DNA from: Epiperipatus broadwayi | Taxonomy: Eukaryota > Animalia > Onychophora | Assembly (NCBI GenBank): GCA_028023455.1 | Contig: JAQFVV010000001.1 | Coordinates: forward strand, 11,842,001-11,906,000 | Length of the DNA stretch: 64,000 nt | Reading direction: 5' to 3' | Part shown: one piece after another, positions 50,479-64,000 of the stretch | Position numbering within the stretch: position 1 is the stretch's first letter | Layout: the number at the start of each line of letters is the position of its first letter | The notes under the pieces: generated by a model | Seen by the model: the letters and a program-made list of their open reading frames with translations, nothing else | What the model was told of the DNA's origin: nothing | Database searches by the model: none | Program-made: the position numbers and the translations under genes

Positions 50479-53074
50479 AGTAACAGTCAGAAACGTGTGA
50501 TTCATTAACATAGTGCAGAATTCGACCACCACACAGAATGGCATCACCATCTAGGTAGCGAAGCCACCCGTAGTACTAAGTTCGAACGTAGTTTATCGGT
50601 TCCACAATACAATCTACGAGACAATGCATCTGATGCGACTGTACATATTTCTTTAGGCACGGTGGTCAGGGATATGCAAGAGATTCATGATTTTATTTTC
50701 AAGTTAGCCAATAATAACAGCAATATTAAATATTTATATTTTACAGAATCGAGGAAATATTACATGGAATGGGTATCGGATAAATAAAGATGTAACAGCA
50801 GATGTATAGTTTGAAATTATTTATTTAAAACATTTTAATAATAAATCATTTACTAATAATATTTGGTAATATTTAAAATTTAGTAACGGGATTTTCCAAT
50901 ACTGTTAGACATCAAAGAAATACATTTATTTATATAGCTGATGTAATCCAGCTACCTAAAATTCTCGAGCAAGTATTTCTAAGGCATGCCTTTAGGGATT
51001 TATATTTTTGCAATACAAGAGTCTAAAGTAAGATTTATAATAGTAGTGGCGGACATATATTTATTTAATTAAAGATATTTACTAATAACTAGGGGCAAAC
51101 ATTTATTTGAAAGTGAGTTATGTCACTAATGCAGGGACGGAGTTATATATTGAATAATAGAGATAATAAAAGAAACACATGGTATATCTAGAAAGGCGAT
51201 AGGAAGTGGCAGATATATTGAAACTGCAAAGCTGTGAATGAGTTTAGAACAACGGGCTGGCATTTGCCGTAGACCCAAAGAGGTAAGGTGTCATATAAGC
51301 ATAACCAGGGGCAAGTGGTTTGTGCCACGATTGCTTCCAGGTTGCATGACGGTCATCAAATCCTATGGGACATTCATTTGTCAGAAACACATGGTATATC
51401 TAGAAAGGCGATAGGAAGTGGCAGATATATTGAAACTGCAAAGCTGTGAATGAGTTTAGAACAACGGGCTGGCATTTTCCATAGACCCAAAGAGGTAAGG
51501 TGTCATATAAGCATAACCAGGGGCAAGTGGTTTGTGCCACGATTGCTTCCAGGTTGCATGACGGTCATCAAATCCTATGGGACATTCATTTGTCAGCTTG
51601 TGTAGGACGACTGGGGTTAATTTCAACCCTATAGAATCCGGAATATTCAAGCCTTGGAATGGGTCATCATGTTTCTAAAACATAACACATGTATAATGTA
51701 TAGATGATTCTGTTAAGATTTAAATATATTTTATAACTCGGTCTACATTATCAACATTTAATGAAGAACGTTTGCGACTCTCAAAGAAATGCAATTTTAT
51801 GGAATTATTAATTAAAATTTAATAAAATATAAAAACAATAGGTAAACTGGGTATTATAGCCAATATGTCAGCCATTTGCTAAGCAGTAGACCCCTGCATT
51901 ACAATAAATAATGCATTGAATGTGTGTCGATTTATATGAAAATATTAAATAATTTATGGAGGTAAATATTAATGAAGATTTGACACGCATCCACTGTTTC
52001 AAGCAATCATAGATTTATACTTAGAAAATTATGAGCATGCAACAATTATGTAATAAAATGTAGATTTTAGAAATACGTACCCAAGAAAGATAGAGTTAGG
52101 CAGGCTAGATTATTAAAGAAATTTACATATTAATTATTAAATTTATAATATTACACATGAGAATTTTACAGTTTATAAGTTATATAAAGAATGAATAAGC
52201 TATAGCGGGATATTAGTAGAGTACTCTAGAGAATTTGGATACAGGTATCTGTTTTATGAGAAGTTTTCCGATTCAGTGGTCAGTAGCAAATTGTTCATGA
52301 TTCTAGCATTAGCAGTTCTTTCCAGTATTTAGGTGGTTTAGTTATTTAAATGGCAGCAGCAGCTTTCTAATTGTTCAGGGCAGCAGATCTTTGGTTGATT
52401 TTATGGAGGGCATGGGCGTAGGTTCTCGGCAGGCAATTGACCATCTTCGGGGAAAATAGTCTTTGGTGCTTTCTACTCACACATACTGTGGCATGTAAAA
52501 CAATATATATCTTTGGAGACTCTCCTGATCGAGAGCAAAGCTAAAGTTCAACTGAAAGTTTCTAGAAAGTCTAAAATGGCCTCCTTTCTTAGCTCTTATC
52601 TTTTACATTTTTGTTATAGTTTATTTTTGGATTCCACTTAATCTGCCCTGAGGATAATCAATGCATTTTTGTTAAGTTTAATTATAGAGAAAGCTGCCTT
52701 TCTATTGTTTAGATTTACATTTTATAATTACATTTTAGGGAATTTTTCTTTTTAATTAATCTATTATCTCTCACTGACTGTTGCTTTTAAAAATTTCAAA
52801 TACAAAAGGGAACATATGATTATTTTTACTTTTAATTAAATATTACAATCTATTTCAAAATTATTACTAAATGAAATTTAAACAAAGCAATAAATAACGA
52901 ATTTTACAATTCAAAATAAATGGTTAAAATTATATATTTTTATATAACTAAAAGAAGAAATCTAAATTATATTATTTATCTTCATTTATTGCCTTAAATT
53001 TGGGTAGGATAGAGCGGTGAGTGAGAGACGATAGAAAAAAAGGTGAAACTTAAGATTCGAATCTTACTGTTTCA
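50479..53074 (-). mobile_element. Solo LTR (~2.6 kb), related to 8476-11382
   Basis: Termini AGTAACAGTCAG and CTTACTGTTTCA (imperfect inverted repeat), ATAT on both sides; shared blocks with the 8476 LTR. Confidence 0.75.
51173..51596. repeat. 212-bp direct tandem duplication within the solo LTR
   Basis: AAACACATGGTATATCTAGAAAGG...CATTTGTCAG at 51173-51384 and 51385-51596, nearly identical. Confidence 0.95.
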
Positions 53075-53106
<32 letters not shown>

Positions 53107-55925
53107 CTGTAAGTAAACCATTTAATTAATAAAGATTTTGTCAATAATTATTTAAAGTATAAATTGCAGAGTATTACTACTTTTCTATGATCATCTGAAG
53201 GTTTACAATTATGGCAGTTTATTTATATGTTGGAAAATTTGTACCATTTAGTTAGATTGTTTGATGTTTTTAAAGGTATTCTTTAATTGAATAACCTAAT
53301 TGATTAGAGTGACACTAGTCATAAGTCTAAAGGTTACCATTTCTATTCCTATGTTAATTGTCACTATTCAAGCCAGCAACATCTGAAGAGAGGAGGATAA
53401 CTCTACTCAAAACATTATGTCCCATTCTAGTAGATTAATGAAATGGCTTTATTGCTTGAGAGTTCGTAAGAAGTTCAAGTGCAAAGTGACAGAACTGGAT
53501 GATATTCACGAACCTAAGCTCCAGGGTGACTATTCTATTATTCCATGAAATAATGCAGGGCATTCCATGCTAATCTGTGTATGATATTACTAATAGTTTA
53601 ATATATATAGTAAAGTATAAATAAAATTTGAATTTTTCTAAAAATATTTAACTAGATGAAGGGAATAGTCCAAAATATAATTACAAATTATTTCTCTCTA
53701 TGTCTTTGATTTCATGACTCAGTGATGACTTTAAAACATTTCTTGTTATATATATTGGAAAGGACTTAAAATGAAGCATCTTTCATACAATTAATATGCT
53801 CTGTATAATATATATAATTTTAAGTGAATGAATATAAACTGAGAATTTTATTATTCTTAAAAAATAATAATAAATATTTTAATAACTTATTTACAAAATG
53901 TATAAACATGTAAAATAAACAAAAAAGATACATTAACATAAAATATCCACACCGGTATAATAAAATAAAAATTGCAAAATTATAAAACAACATGTAATTA
54001 AATAAACAACAGTGAAATAATTAAAAATAAATTATTGTATACTTCATGATATGAGAATAAAGCCAAAAGGAAACAAAAAGATATCACTGGTTTCAATCTT
54101 ATTATTGAAAACTTCTTAAACAGAAGAGGTCAATATGAGATCCATGATTATAAATTCAACTGTAAATAAAATAATTTAAATGAGTATGACTGCTTGCATT
54201 AACAAAAATATGAATAGAAAACTTACAATGTTTTGATAAAATGTATCGTGTACATTATTGATTATTATTTAAATTACATAAACAAATGAATTAGATATAT
54301 GGATAAAAAATGATTTTCTTTTTGCATCATATAGTACATTTAATAGAAAATTAAAACTAATTTCAATGCAACTAATACTATAGTATAGATAATTCAAATA
54401 TCCTCTACCCGTAGCATAATTATTTTTTCAACAAAAGAACACTCCTGCTTTTCAGTGTGCCTCATTTATGTATTGGGAAAAAAATAATTGTCTTATGCTA
54501 GCTAGAGCATTAGAACTACCTATAGTAATAGTTGCATTAATCATTTAATCTCAAATTATGTATATATTTATACAAAAGTGTTCAACAGTATATTATATAT
54601 AGGAGAAAAGCAATTTTAAGACATTCATTAAGAAAATAGATTTTATAAAATTATTGAAAAACTATAGATTTAAAAAAAAATAAACAAAAAATGCATGAGG
54701 ATTTTTGTACATAAAAAGATAACATTAATAGTATTTATATCATTAATAATAAATATTACAAAGTATAAACTATCCTCTAATTTTCAAATAAAATTCATCG
54801 TAAAAAAAAAAGTATTGATATAGTACTGCTCAAAATGTGCAGATATTCTTTTCAAAATACATTAAAAACATCTTTTATAATTTCAATACAAAATCTATAT
54901 AATCTAAAACTCATGGTTATTAGGGTCCTTGCTCATCAGTAAATAATGCACAGACTAGAATGAATCTTTATGCAATTGTGATTAATATGAATTGCCTCTT
55001 TAACCTTTTATTACTTAATTTAATTTGTAAAACTGAAATTACACATATCAATTCATGATTCACAAAACTGACAGAATACTAAAATAACTGATAACTTTAT
55101 TGCTCAAGAGTGAATAAGAAGTTACAACATCGAAAGTGTAAGCAGTATAATCAATCAATCTGAAGATCTTACAATGCAAAGTCTGATCCTTTACCATTTC
55201 ACTAAATCACGCAAAGCAAATAAAAGAGATCTAAAGCACTAAGAGTTCCCAGACAGTCAGCCATCTAAGTGCCAAGTTTAAGCTTTCTTAACTTCAGTGA
55301 TCAGTGGATTCAAAGTAGTATAACTATAGATACATAGAATACTGATCCTTATTCTTATTAGCCTTCAAATGATGACATAAAGTTTATGATCTATAAATCT
55401 TTTCTTTAATTTCATTTTAATTCACAGCAAACTACAGTTCTATTGTTCATTCTCTATTGTATCTTTTCAATTATTCTATAACATAATAAAATTTTAAGTA
55501 AAAGGAATACATCCCAAATGCTCATGAACGATTTTATATCTAGATTTATATATGCTAATGATATACCTATAACCAAAGTCTACTATTTCATCAATGCACT
55601 ATTGTAAATTATCTACTTCATCATATTCAAATGTAGAACTTCAAAAATAAAAATGTTTTAAACCTATCACATTATACTTAATGATACATGTGTTGAAAGA
55701 TACATGCTAAGAACTTATTGTGCATATATCATCAAAAATGAAAATCAAGGAAGTAGTCCAAAATGCTTTTTTTCCTCACATAAATTGTAAAAAATAATAA
55801 AATATATTTAACAGCTACATAAAAAAACATATATTAATAATTATATATAAAAAGCCTTTTTCACTATATGATTTTATGTTCTTATCAAACATTAAACAAC
55901 TGTGTTAACCGATCACTGTGTTCAG

Positions 55926-56211
55926 AGCACCATTTATAGTTTTATAATAGAAGTAAAATAACAGTAAGTAATATAGCACCATTTACAGTTCTATAATAGA
56001 AGTAAATAACAATAACAGTAAATAAAACAAAATATGAATAAAATGAAACATAGTTTATACAATAATCCAGATAGTTAGAGACTCTATAAAGGTTGTGCTT
56101 CATCCTTTATAGAATCTCTAACTATCTGTATTACTATAATCATAATTTTATTGTATTCATGTTTTGCTTGATTGTTATTATTATTTTACTTCTATTATAA
56201 AACAGTAAATG
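55926..56211. mobile_element. Fold-back (MITE-like) element with duplicated left terminus
   Basis: Arms ~55980-56092 and 56104-56211. Inner 25-bp stem CAGATAGTTAGAGA(C/T)TCTATAAAGG has one mismatch and an 11-nt loop. 55926-55975 directly repeats the start of the left arm. Confidence 0.65.
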
Positions 56212-57869
56212 ACACCCTATGTGCAAATCAATTAATAGTTAAATAATTCTTTGACATTTGATAAGGGTATAAAATCATATGCCAAAAAAGACTTTTTATC
56301 TATAATTATTAGTGTATGTTTTCTATATAGCTGTTCTTATTACTTTTTTTATAATTTATGTGTATATAGCTTATAATTAAAGGAAATGACATTTTTATTT
56401 AAATATTATTTACCATATTTAAACTGAAAAAAGTTGATCAATATTTTACCAATTTCCATATATAAAAGTATCAACATATGCCAAAAACTGACACTTTGAT
56501 ATTTATATTTATTAATAGACACATGATACCAGAATGAAGCTAAAAATACTAATCTCATAGGCCATTTACTGAAAAATTATAAAGAAGTCTTTCTTAAATG
56601 CTGCTCAAACTTTTTCTTATTGACAATAATTATCTTTATGTAAATTATCAATAATCTTTAGATTATACTAATGGATATATATAATTCTGAGACATCATTA
56701 ATGAATTATATAATTTATTTTATTTAATACTGAATTTTAAATACCAATGTTTATATAGAATTATGAAATATTTATCTATTGAAGTTAATTGTATGTAAAA
56801 CTGATAAAAAGTGATTAATATATTGGTTCTGTGTGATATTTCAGTTTTATTACTAAACATATATGTGCACTATTCTTAAAATTCATAATTAATATTTAAC
56901 TTAAAGAAAAATTTTTGGTCCATTTTAAAATTATGATTACAGATGCATAATATCACTTATATATGCTATGTAATTTACTAAACAGGTTTAATGACTCTAA
57001 AATCTTTCCCAAAGAACCCTAAGATCAAACAATAAAAAATACTTTATCATTGAGTGAAAACATTACTTTCTACATAATATAAATATTTATATCAGTAAAT
57101 ACTTTTTTGATACGATCTAAAAAGTTTTCCTTAAAGTTACAATATTTTATTAATATCAATGTATATTATTTTGTTTAGATTTCAGTTGTCTTCCAGTTAC
57201 TAAAGAATATATTTATTTATTGCATGATATTATAATTTATTCATTGTAGTTAGGTTTAATGAAAACTTTATTATAAATAATGTCCTCGTAATGCAAAACA
57301 CTTTCCAGGTATAGAATTGATGTCTTTATTTATGCTAGAAGATTGTGCATCTTGTTTAAGTATATGAGATTCTGATAGTATAGGAAAGAAGTGATTTTGT
57401 GAAATTACATCATTAGCGAAAGAACCATTTTCTTCCCATAAACGAGTATCTAGAAAAATAAAAATAGATAAAAATATAATTTAGCAACCTTTACAATTTA
57501 CCAAATAAAATATTTTTTACAAGTACATTATTCTCACAGAGTTTATTTTTATCTCTGTGATTTATTTATATTTGAATAATCTGTTGTTGTTGTTGTTGTT
57601 TTTTATAACAAAAGAAATAAATGATTAATAAATTACACATGCTTTTTATAAGAAAATCCATTTTTTTAGCACATCATATTCTATGATCATTTTCACACCT
57701 CTTTATAATATATAATACTTTTTACTACTACCATATTTTTACAATTAGTGGTTTTCTTTACAATTGTGACTGATACAACATATATTAATTATCACATATA
57801 CTTAAATCTATTTTATATTAATTTGTCTCATATGTACTCTTCTTATATATATACATGCAATTGTTTTTT

Positions 57870-58295
57870 TTTTTTTAAAACAACGTAACTTTATAAATAT
57901 CAACTATATATGCTTAATCTATATATGCAAATGCATTTATATTTTGTTGGCATATATATTCATATGTGCATAACTATTTTCCATAATTATATATACCTAT
58001 GTAAATTAATTGTTTTTTTAAAACAACGTAACTTTATAAATATCAACTATATATGCTTAATCTATATATGCAAATGCATTTATATTTTGTTGGCATATAT
58101 ATTCATATGTGCATAACTATTTTCCATAATTATATATACCTATGTAAATTAATTGTTTTTTTAAAACAACGTAACTTTATAAATATCAACTATATATGCT
58201 TAATCTATATATGCAAATGCATTTATATTTTGTTGGCATATATATTCATATGTGCATAACTATTTTCCATAATTATATATACCTATGTAAATTAA
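57870..58295. repeat. 143-bp tandem triplication with apparently identical copies
   Basis: The C of TTAAAACAACGTAAC falls at 57881, 58024 and 58167; identical ORF translations at 57910 and 58053. Confidence 0.95.
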
Positions 58296-58303
58296 ATATA
58301 TAT

Positions 58304-60528
58304 AGTAACGGGAGAAAGCTTTAAGATTCGCATACACTGACCACGAGGGCGCCACTAGTCCGAAAATAGGAACTAGACATTTATTTTAAGGGTGGACAGG
58401 ATATGCGAATCAAAATGCACCGAACTAAACTCAGGGATGAACAAGATATCTTAAATATTGTTTAGACAGTTGAGAAATCAAAGCACCCAGACAAACATCA
58501 GCCAAATTAAGTTTAAACAAATTTTAAACTTTTATTTAAAAGCAAAACAACTTGTAAGAAAAGTTTACACGAAAATCAATAGAGTTATCTCAGACGTGTA
58601 CTAGAACGACTAAACACATTGCTCTAGCAGACTTACCGACTCTCTAATAACGAGTTCTACAGGGAGGAAGCAATTTCATTCAGCAGAAGAGAAGTCACCT
58701 AAATGTTGGTTTTCCTATTCACAGGTATGAAAACAATACGTTCTTGAAATAAATCAACAAAACCAGCGCCAGCGAGCTTTTCTAGACCCCAAAAACAAGT
58801 GTATCGGGATCCAAAATGTCATATGCTAGTAGAAGCTGCATCTTAAAACTACGTTCAAAGCAAAGGTGATTGATTTACCTCAAGAACCACAACAAATATG
58901 CTTCAGAATGAATGGAAAACAAACAAGTAAAAACTGGCAACTCCCCAACCAAACGATTGGCAAAACTAATCTAAGAATTAATGATCTCAATAGGAGACAA
59001 GTAAATCATTAGAAAATCAGTTACGTCTGCCCCAGCATTTAAAGAAAATGAATTACCAATAATTATAATTAAAAAAATAAATTTACGACACATGCTGTGA
59101 GTACACGCTCTGACAAATTTTCAGCTATACAAATAAATACAAAATAAATCTATTGGAGAGTGCACATGAGTACAAAAATAGGAAAGCTATAAATACTTTA
59201 GCAGTGAAAGTCTCTCTCACCTGTAATTTACAAAAGGGATAAATATTTTGTTCCTGCTGGTAGCTAAAAAAAAATTTTACAAAGCAAAAACAATCATAGT
59301 TTCCATTTTCAGAGATATAAGAAACAAAGACTATGAAAATAAAGTCACCAGCCAAAAGATTTGGTGGTTTGCAAAAGCGCAAACACCGTATTTAACTTTA
59401 ATTCTGGCTATTAAAATAATTACAGGTAAGCATAAAAATAGAAAAACTCACACGTCACTCTCCAATAAACAACTGAAAGCAAACTTGGAATCTTAAAACT
59501 AAGATTCCAAAACACATGGCCAAGTACAATAAAAGAGAATAAATATAGCTAATCAAAATGAAGTTAAATATTAATTTATGAATACAGATTTATAATTAGA
59601 TTGAGAGGAGATTTAATGAAAAGAAATTTACCCTGAAAAGAATAAAAGAAAATTTCATCTTATGATAAAGCACAGTTCGCATAGAGTGCGCACGTTTATC
59701 TTTAGTTCATTTTCAGGTCCTTGAACAGCGGCAAGGTAGAGGCAGTATTTATTTTAGAGGTTCATGGCATGACTGAAGGAAAGCTGGCAGGCGTGGGTCC
59801 GTCCTTTGTTTAAATTAGCAAGACATTTTGATGATGGCAAAACTCATAGCAGTAGATTTTGACATCTTGCACAGCAACGAAGTTTGTCAATAATTAAAGT
59901 TTTTAGCAGGAATTAAACTTTCTGAACAGCTACTCAAAATGGTATGACTCTTAGCAGGTCATAATCCAAGTGTCTATTTCTATACTGAATCTCCTCTCTA
60001 AAAATTGGCGGGCTATATATTTTTTTCTCGCTACATTTCCCACGAAAAACTTCCATTAGTCTCTAATTCTATATCTCAGGCAGGGCAAATATTAATTTCC
60101 CGCTCAATATAATTTAAGAATTCCATCCAGGGATTATTGAAACAAAAACAACAACACAGTTAAACCTCCACTTTTTTTAGAATTAACTTTAAAAATATGA
60201 CTAAAATAAAAACAGGAATACATAATTAGCAAGCTTGCCTGTTTTTAATCAAATTGATTAAAACAGGCGGAGAAAGTAAACTATTTTAAAATCAATTTTA
60301 TAAACAAAGAAGTGAAAGTCAACTGTTTTAAAATCAATTTTATAAACATGAAAATAATCAAAATAAATATAAACGTGTATGTGTTTTAAATAATAATAAA
60401 AAATTTTAACATTAGATAAGATTTAACAAACCTTAATTTTTTAATTTTGGCATTAAAATCCTTGAAACGAAGATCAATCCAGTTCAACTGCCTCAATACC
60501 TGATCAAAAAAAAAACATTCCTGTAACT
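58304..60528 (-). mobile_element. 3' LTR (~2.2 kb) of the 58304-64000 gypsy element
   Basis: Minus strand AGTTAC...CCGTTACT, preceded by a purine tract (plus 60529-60543) and followed by ATAT. The U3 boundary is uncertain because a second purine run lies at ~60553-60563. Confidence 0.7.
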
Positions 60529-60638
60529 TCCCTTTTTTTTTTAAATGTGTTAACCCCCCCCCCTGCAAAATCCAGCTGGACATTTGTTATATGTGTTAAC
60601 TGCAATCAATCGCTTTATTACATCTATGATAATTTTTG

Positions 60639-61778
60639 CTACTTACTTATTATTGATCCTTTGTTCAGCAGGTCTAAGAATATGGGCATTATAGGACCCC
60701 TGAATTCCAGACTCGTCTTCCAGAAGAAAGGCATTCTGACCATATTTGTCTTTATAGTAAAAGGTCCATCATATATCGGAAAATTTTTTTTGTATTGATG
60801 CCTTGTTGGATTGCTGACATGAGGTTTTCTGACAAAAACCCAATCACCAGTATCGAATTGGCAAGGATTCCGGTTTACACGCCTTATGCGCAATTCAGCC
60901 ATGTACTTTAATTTTATCCTAGCCTTTTCTTTGTCCCTCTCTCCATTAGGATTATCATGATCGATGGGTAATGGAGCTTTGATAAGCATAGGATAATTTT
61001 TTCTGAAATGCAGCCTAATGGGAGTAAACCCTGTGGACTCATTTAACGTCCAATTAATATAATTAACAACATTCTCAGTCTGTTTCACCCATTCTTTGTG
61101 GTTCTGGTTGACATACACCTGGAACAAATGGTTAAGCTCCCTCATAACCCGCTCACAGGGGTTAGATTGAGGGTTGCATATGGATGTTAATAAATGTTTT
61201 ATATCCTGTTGCTGGAGCCAACGCTTCCACTGGTGAGATTTAAAGGGTGTTCCATGATTTGAGAGTATACATTGAGGCTTGCCGATTCTAGGAATTTGCT
61301 GCTCTTGTAATACTTTGATAGTGCTTAAAGCATCAGCCTTTCTTAATGGATAAGCTGTCACATATTTTGAAAAGACATCATACATGACAGCTAAGAATCG
61401 GTATTGCCGATATGCTGGTAATGGACCATAAAAGTCAATAGCCAGTAACTCGTTAGGATTCTGAGCTAGAATGGGTTGCAAGACTCCCATAAAATTTTTA
61501 TTTATGGGTTTCATTCGTGAACATGTGTGGCAACTTCTGAGAACTGATAAAATATTTGAATACATCCCTGGCCAATAAAATAATTCTCGGAGCACATACT
61601 CAACCTTATGTGGTCCAAAATGTCTATACAGACAATGCACATATTCAATTAAACAATTCCTAATCTTTTTAGGTATGAGGGTTCTCCAGGAACCTTCTTT
61701 TGCAGTAACCTTGTATTGAAGGACACCATCCTCAATACGATAAGCTCCTTCTTGTTGTTCTAACTTGGATAGGTCCAT
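60639..61778 (-). pseudogene. Gypsy integrase (HHCC zinc finger, DDE core, GPF motif)
   Basis: HCLYRHFG..CHTC; LAIDFYGP; ILSNHGTPF (second D altered to N); PQSNPCERVMREL; YDGPFTI. Confidence 0.9.
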
Positions 61779-62658
61779 TTAGTGAGGGATTCAGGGCTCC
61801 TTTCTTGTAGGCTACCATTGGAGCATAATCCAGATTGCTTGCCTGTATTTCTGGTAGTTTCTGTAAATCCTGTTCCATGGAATCATCGATAACCGATGTA
61901 ATCGCAGCGATACTTAAGTTATCCAAGTGTAGGTGATGCTGTGAAAGATCTACAGGGTGCTGACTTAAGACATCTGCCACAATGTTATCCTTGCCAGGGC
62001 AATAGACCACTCTATATTGAAATTTCTGCAAGATCAAGCTCCACTGAGTGAGCTGATCATTTGTCAGGTAACTATTATTCAGAAATTCTAAACATTTATG
62101 GTCAGTAATAACAATGATGTTTGAGCCCAGCAAGAATTGTTTGAACTTTCTGAAGGCCCATACAATGGCCAGAGCCTCCTTTTCAGTAGTTGCATAATTA
62201 TTTTCAGCCCCTTTTAGGGTACGGCTACAAAAATATAATACCTTGTGATGTTTCTGCTCATCAATTTGGAATAAGACTACTCCCAATTCATGTCGGCTAC
62301 TATCAGTTTGAATATAAAATGTTTGGGGAAAATCAGGGTAAGCCAGAACTACTTGTTTCAGAAAATTCTTCTTCATGAGCCGAAACTCCTGCTCCTGTTG
62401 TGAACCCCAAAACCACTTTTGGTCCTTTCTTAATAACTGGACTAAGGATGATGATTCTACAGCAAAATTTTCATAAAACTGGTGGTAAAAGTTGCAGAGA
62501 CCTAAAAATGACCTCTCCTGGTGTCTGTTAGCAGGTATAGGGAAATGCTCAATTGCAGCTAATTTATCTGGACAGGGTTTAATACCATCCTTCCCAATTA
62601 CAAAGCCCAAAAATGCCACTTCATCCATGGCTAAATAACTTTTCTGCAAGTTGATCAT
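61732..62658 (-). pseudogene. Gypsy RT C-terminus and RNase H
   Basis: VAFLGFVI; RSFLGLCNFY; FYIQTDSS; NYATTEKEALAIVWA; VITDHKCL; DNIVADVLS. Confidence 0.92.
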
Positions 62659-63127
62659 GATATTTTTTTTGACTGCATTCGGTCAAAAATATCTCCACAT
62701 GTTCCAAGTGCTCTTCAATATTTCTGGATGCAATAACCACATCATCCATGTACATTACTATAATATTTTTAACCTTCTCTGACAATATCTGATCCAAACA
62801 CCTTAACAACCCGGATCCACTGTTGATCAACCCGAACGGCATCCGTTTAAAGACATACGTATACCCTTCATACCGAAACCCCGTATATTGGCAATCGGAT
62901 GGATGAAGAGGTATCTGCCAATAACTCGAAGTCAAGTCAAATATACTAAAGACAGTTTTCCCTTGAAATCTAGCCAGAATTTCAGTTATTGTAGGAGAAA
63001 TGTCTCTTTCAGGAATAGTGATAGCATTTAACCGGCGAGCATCCAAACATATTCTAGCTGCCCCATCTTTCTTCTTTACTACCACCAAAGGGTTAATATT
63101 AAGATGATGCTTGTTTACCAATAACAC
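62621..63127 (-). pseudogene. Gypsy reverse transcriptase core
   Basis: NPLVVVKKKDGAARICLDARRLN; FDLTSSYWQI; RMPFGLINS; YMDD. Confidence 0.95.
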
Positions 63128-63460
63128 CCCATTTGATCATTTTTTGTATTTGACTATCCATCTTAGCTTTATATTGAAATGAAATGGGGTAAGATCGACT
63201 TTGAAAATGGTTTTCTTCTTTTACTTTGATCCGATGAACATACCATACCCTTCAATAGCCCGAGGTCTATTAGAAAAAAACGTATGGTACTGCGTCAACA
63301 CCTGTGTTAAAAGATGTTGCTCTGTCCCCTTTAGTATGGACTGTTTCACCTTATTCTTTACTTCAGTGGTGTCTAAGACTGACTGCATACAGTGTATTTG
63401 TAAGGACTGATACTTTTTTAATCCCTCCAGGGGCATTATGCTTTCTCTACCTTGAAATAC

Positions 63461-63982
63461 TCATTGACCATAATCAAGCACACATTTATGCTGATGAAGA
63501 AAATCTGTTTCCACTATGACATCTTGTATCAACCCGGGCATTATCAAAAAGAGTTGATCCACTTCCATGTTTCCCAGATGAAGCTGGGTCCAAACCTGCT
63601 TTGTCTCTACATTTGCCTTTTTACCATTAGCCAATGTAACTTGCAGTCTCTTTAGAGGCAATGTATACAGGCGAGTTTGTTGTTTTAACTGTGAATAAAA
63701 ATGACTGGAAATCAGGGACATCTGACTCCCAGAATCAATTAAACCCTGTGCTGTGATGGATCCAATTTTTATAGTTATGATGGGACAAGTCTGGTTGGCT
63801 CCAACTAACGTCGGTTCATCTTTATCAACCACCACATTGGATACTGTTCCCCCATCTCCGTTGAGTATGTTTTCCTTCTCTATTCTATCCCTACTATAAT
63901 CAATCTCTGTCAATAATGTTATTATTTCTTCTATACACATTTTATAATTAATCAACATGGCTTGTTGTATCACCACTGGCAT
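63461..63982 (-). pseudogene. Gypsy aspartic protease region
   Basis: CPIITIKIG..GLIDSGSQMSLIS (DSG active site)..VIVETDFL. Confidence 0.88.
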
Positions 63983-64000
63983 ATTGTTTCTTATTATTGA

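Larger units (their letters stand above)
58304..64000 (-). mobile_element. Ty3/gypsy LTR retrotransposon, 5' part beyond the window, pol frameshifted
   Basis: PR-RT-RH-IN order; no env or chromodomain seen between integrase and PPT. Confidence 0.93.

Noticed and set aside
57910-58259. Two identical 68-aa ORFs
   Set aside because: They are by-products of the 143-bp tandem repeat; the sequence is AT-rich with no protein features.
60529-60700. env or chromodomain after the gypsy integrase
   Set aside because: The integrase frame ends at 60639, only ~100 bp from the PPT, so there is no room and no motif.

Overview
Very AT-rich eukaryotic (metazoan, probably invertebrate) genomic DNA, mostly transposable-element relics. 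The only host gene I can support is RAD6/UBE2A on the minus strand: exons 1 and 2 lie at 20918-20961 and 20695-20775, and the ORF track misses them. I found no later exons in the window, which implies a second intron over 20 kb. The rest comprises: two decayed Ty3/gypsy elements (36111-43821 with both LTRs; 58304-64000 running off the window); a young pol-less LTR element (44030-50464); four isolated 1.7-2.9 kb LTRs (one cut by the window start); two RTE LINEs; two Penelope-like elements; hammerhead-like motifs; a Tc1/mariner relic; and several fold-back hairpins. The LTR insertions sit in ATAT targets. The most unusual structure is a tandem array of four complete and one partial ~56-bp units in the leader of the pol-less element (48400-48648). 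Each unit carries a copy of the LTR terminus, a degenerate tRNA-Lys(CTT) primer-binding site and a short stem-conserved hairpin. Related LTRs also carry terminal palindromes and independently expanded internal satellites. All homology calls come from reading the sequence by eye, with no database searches.
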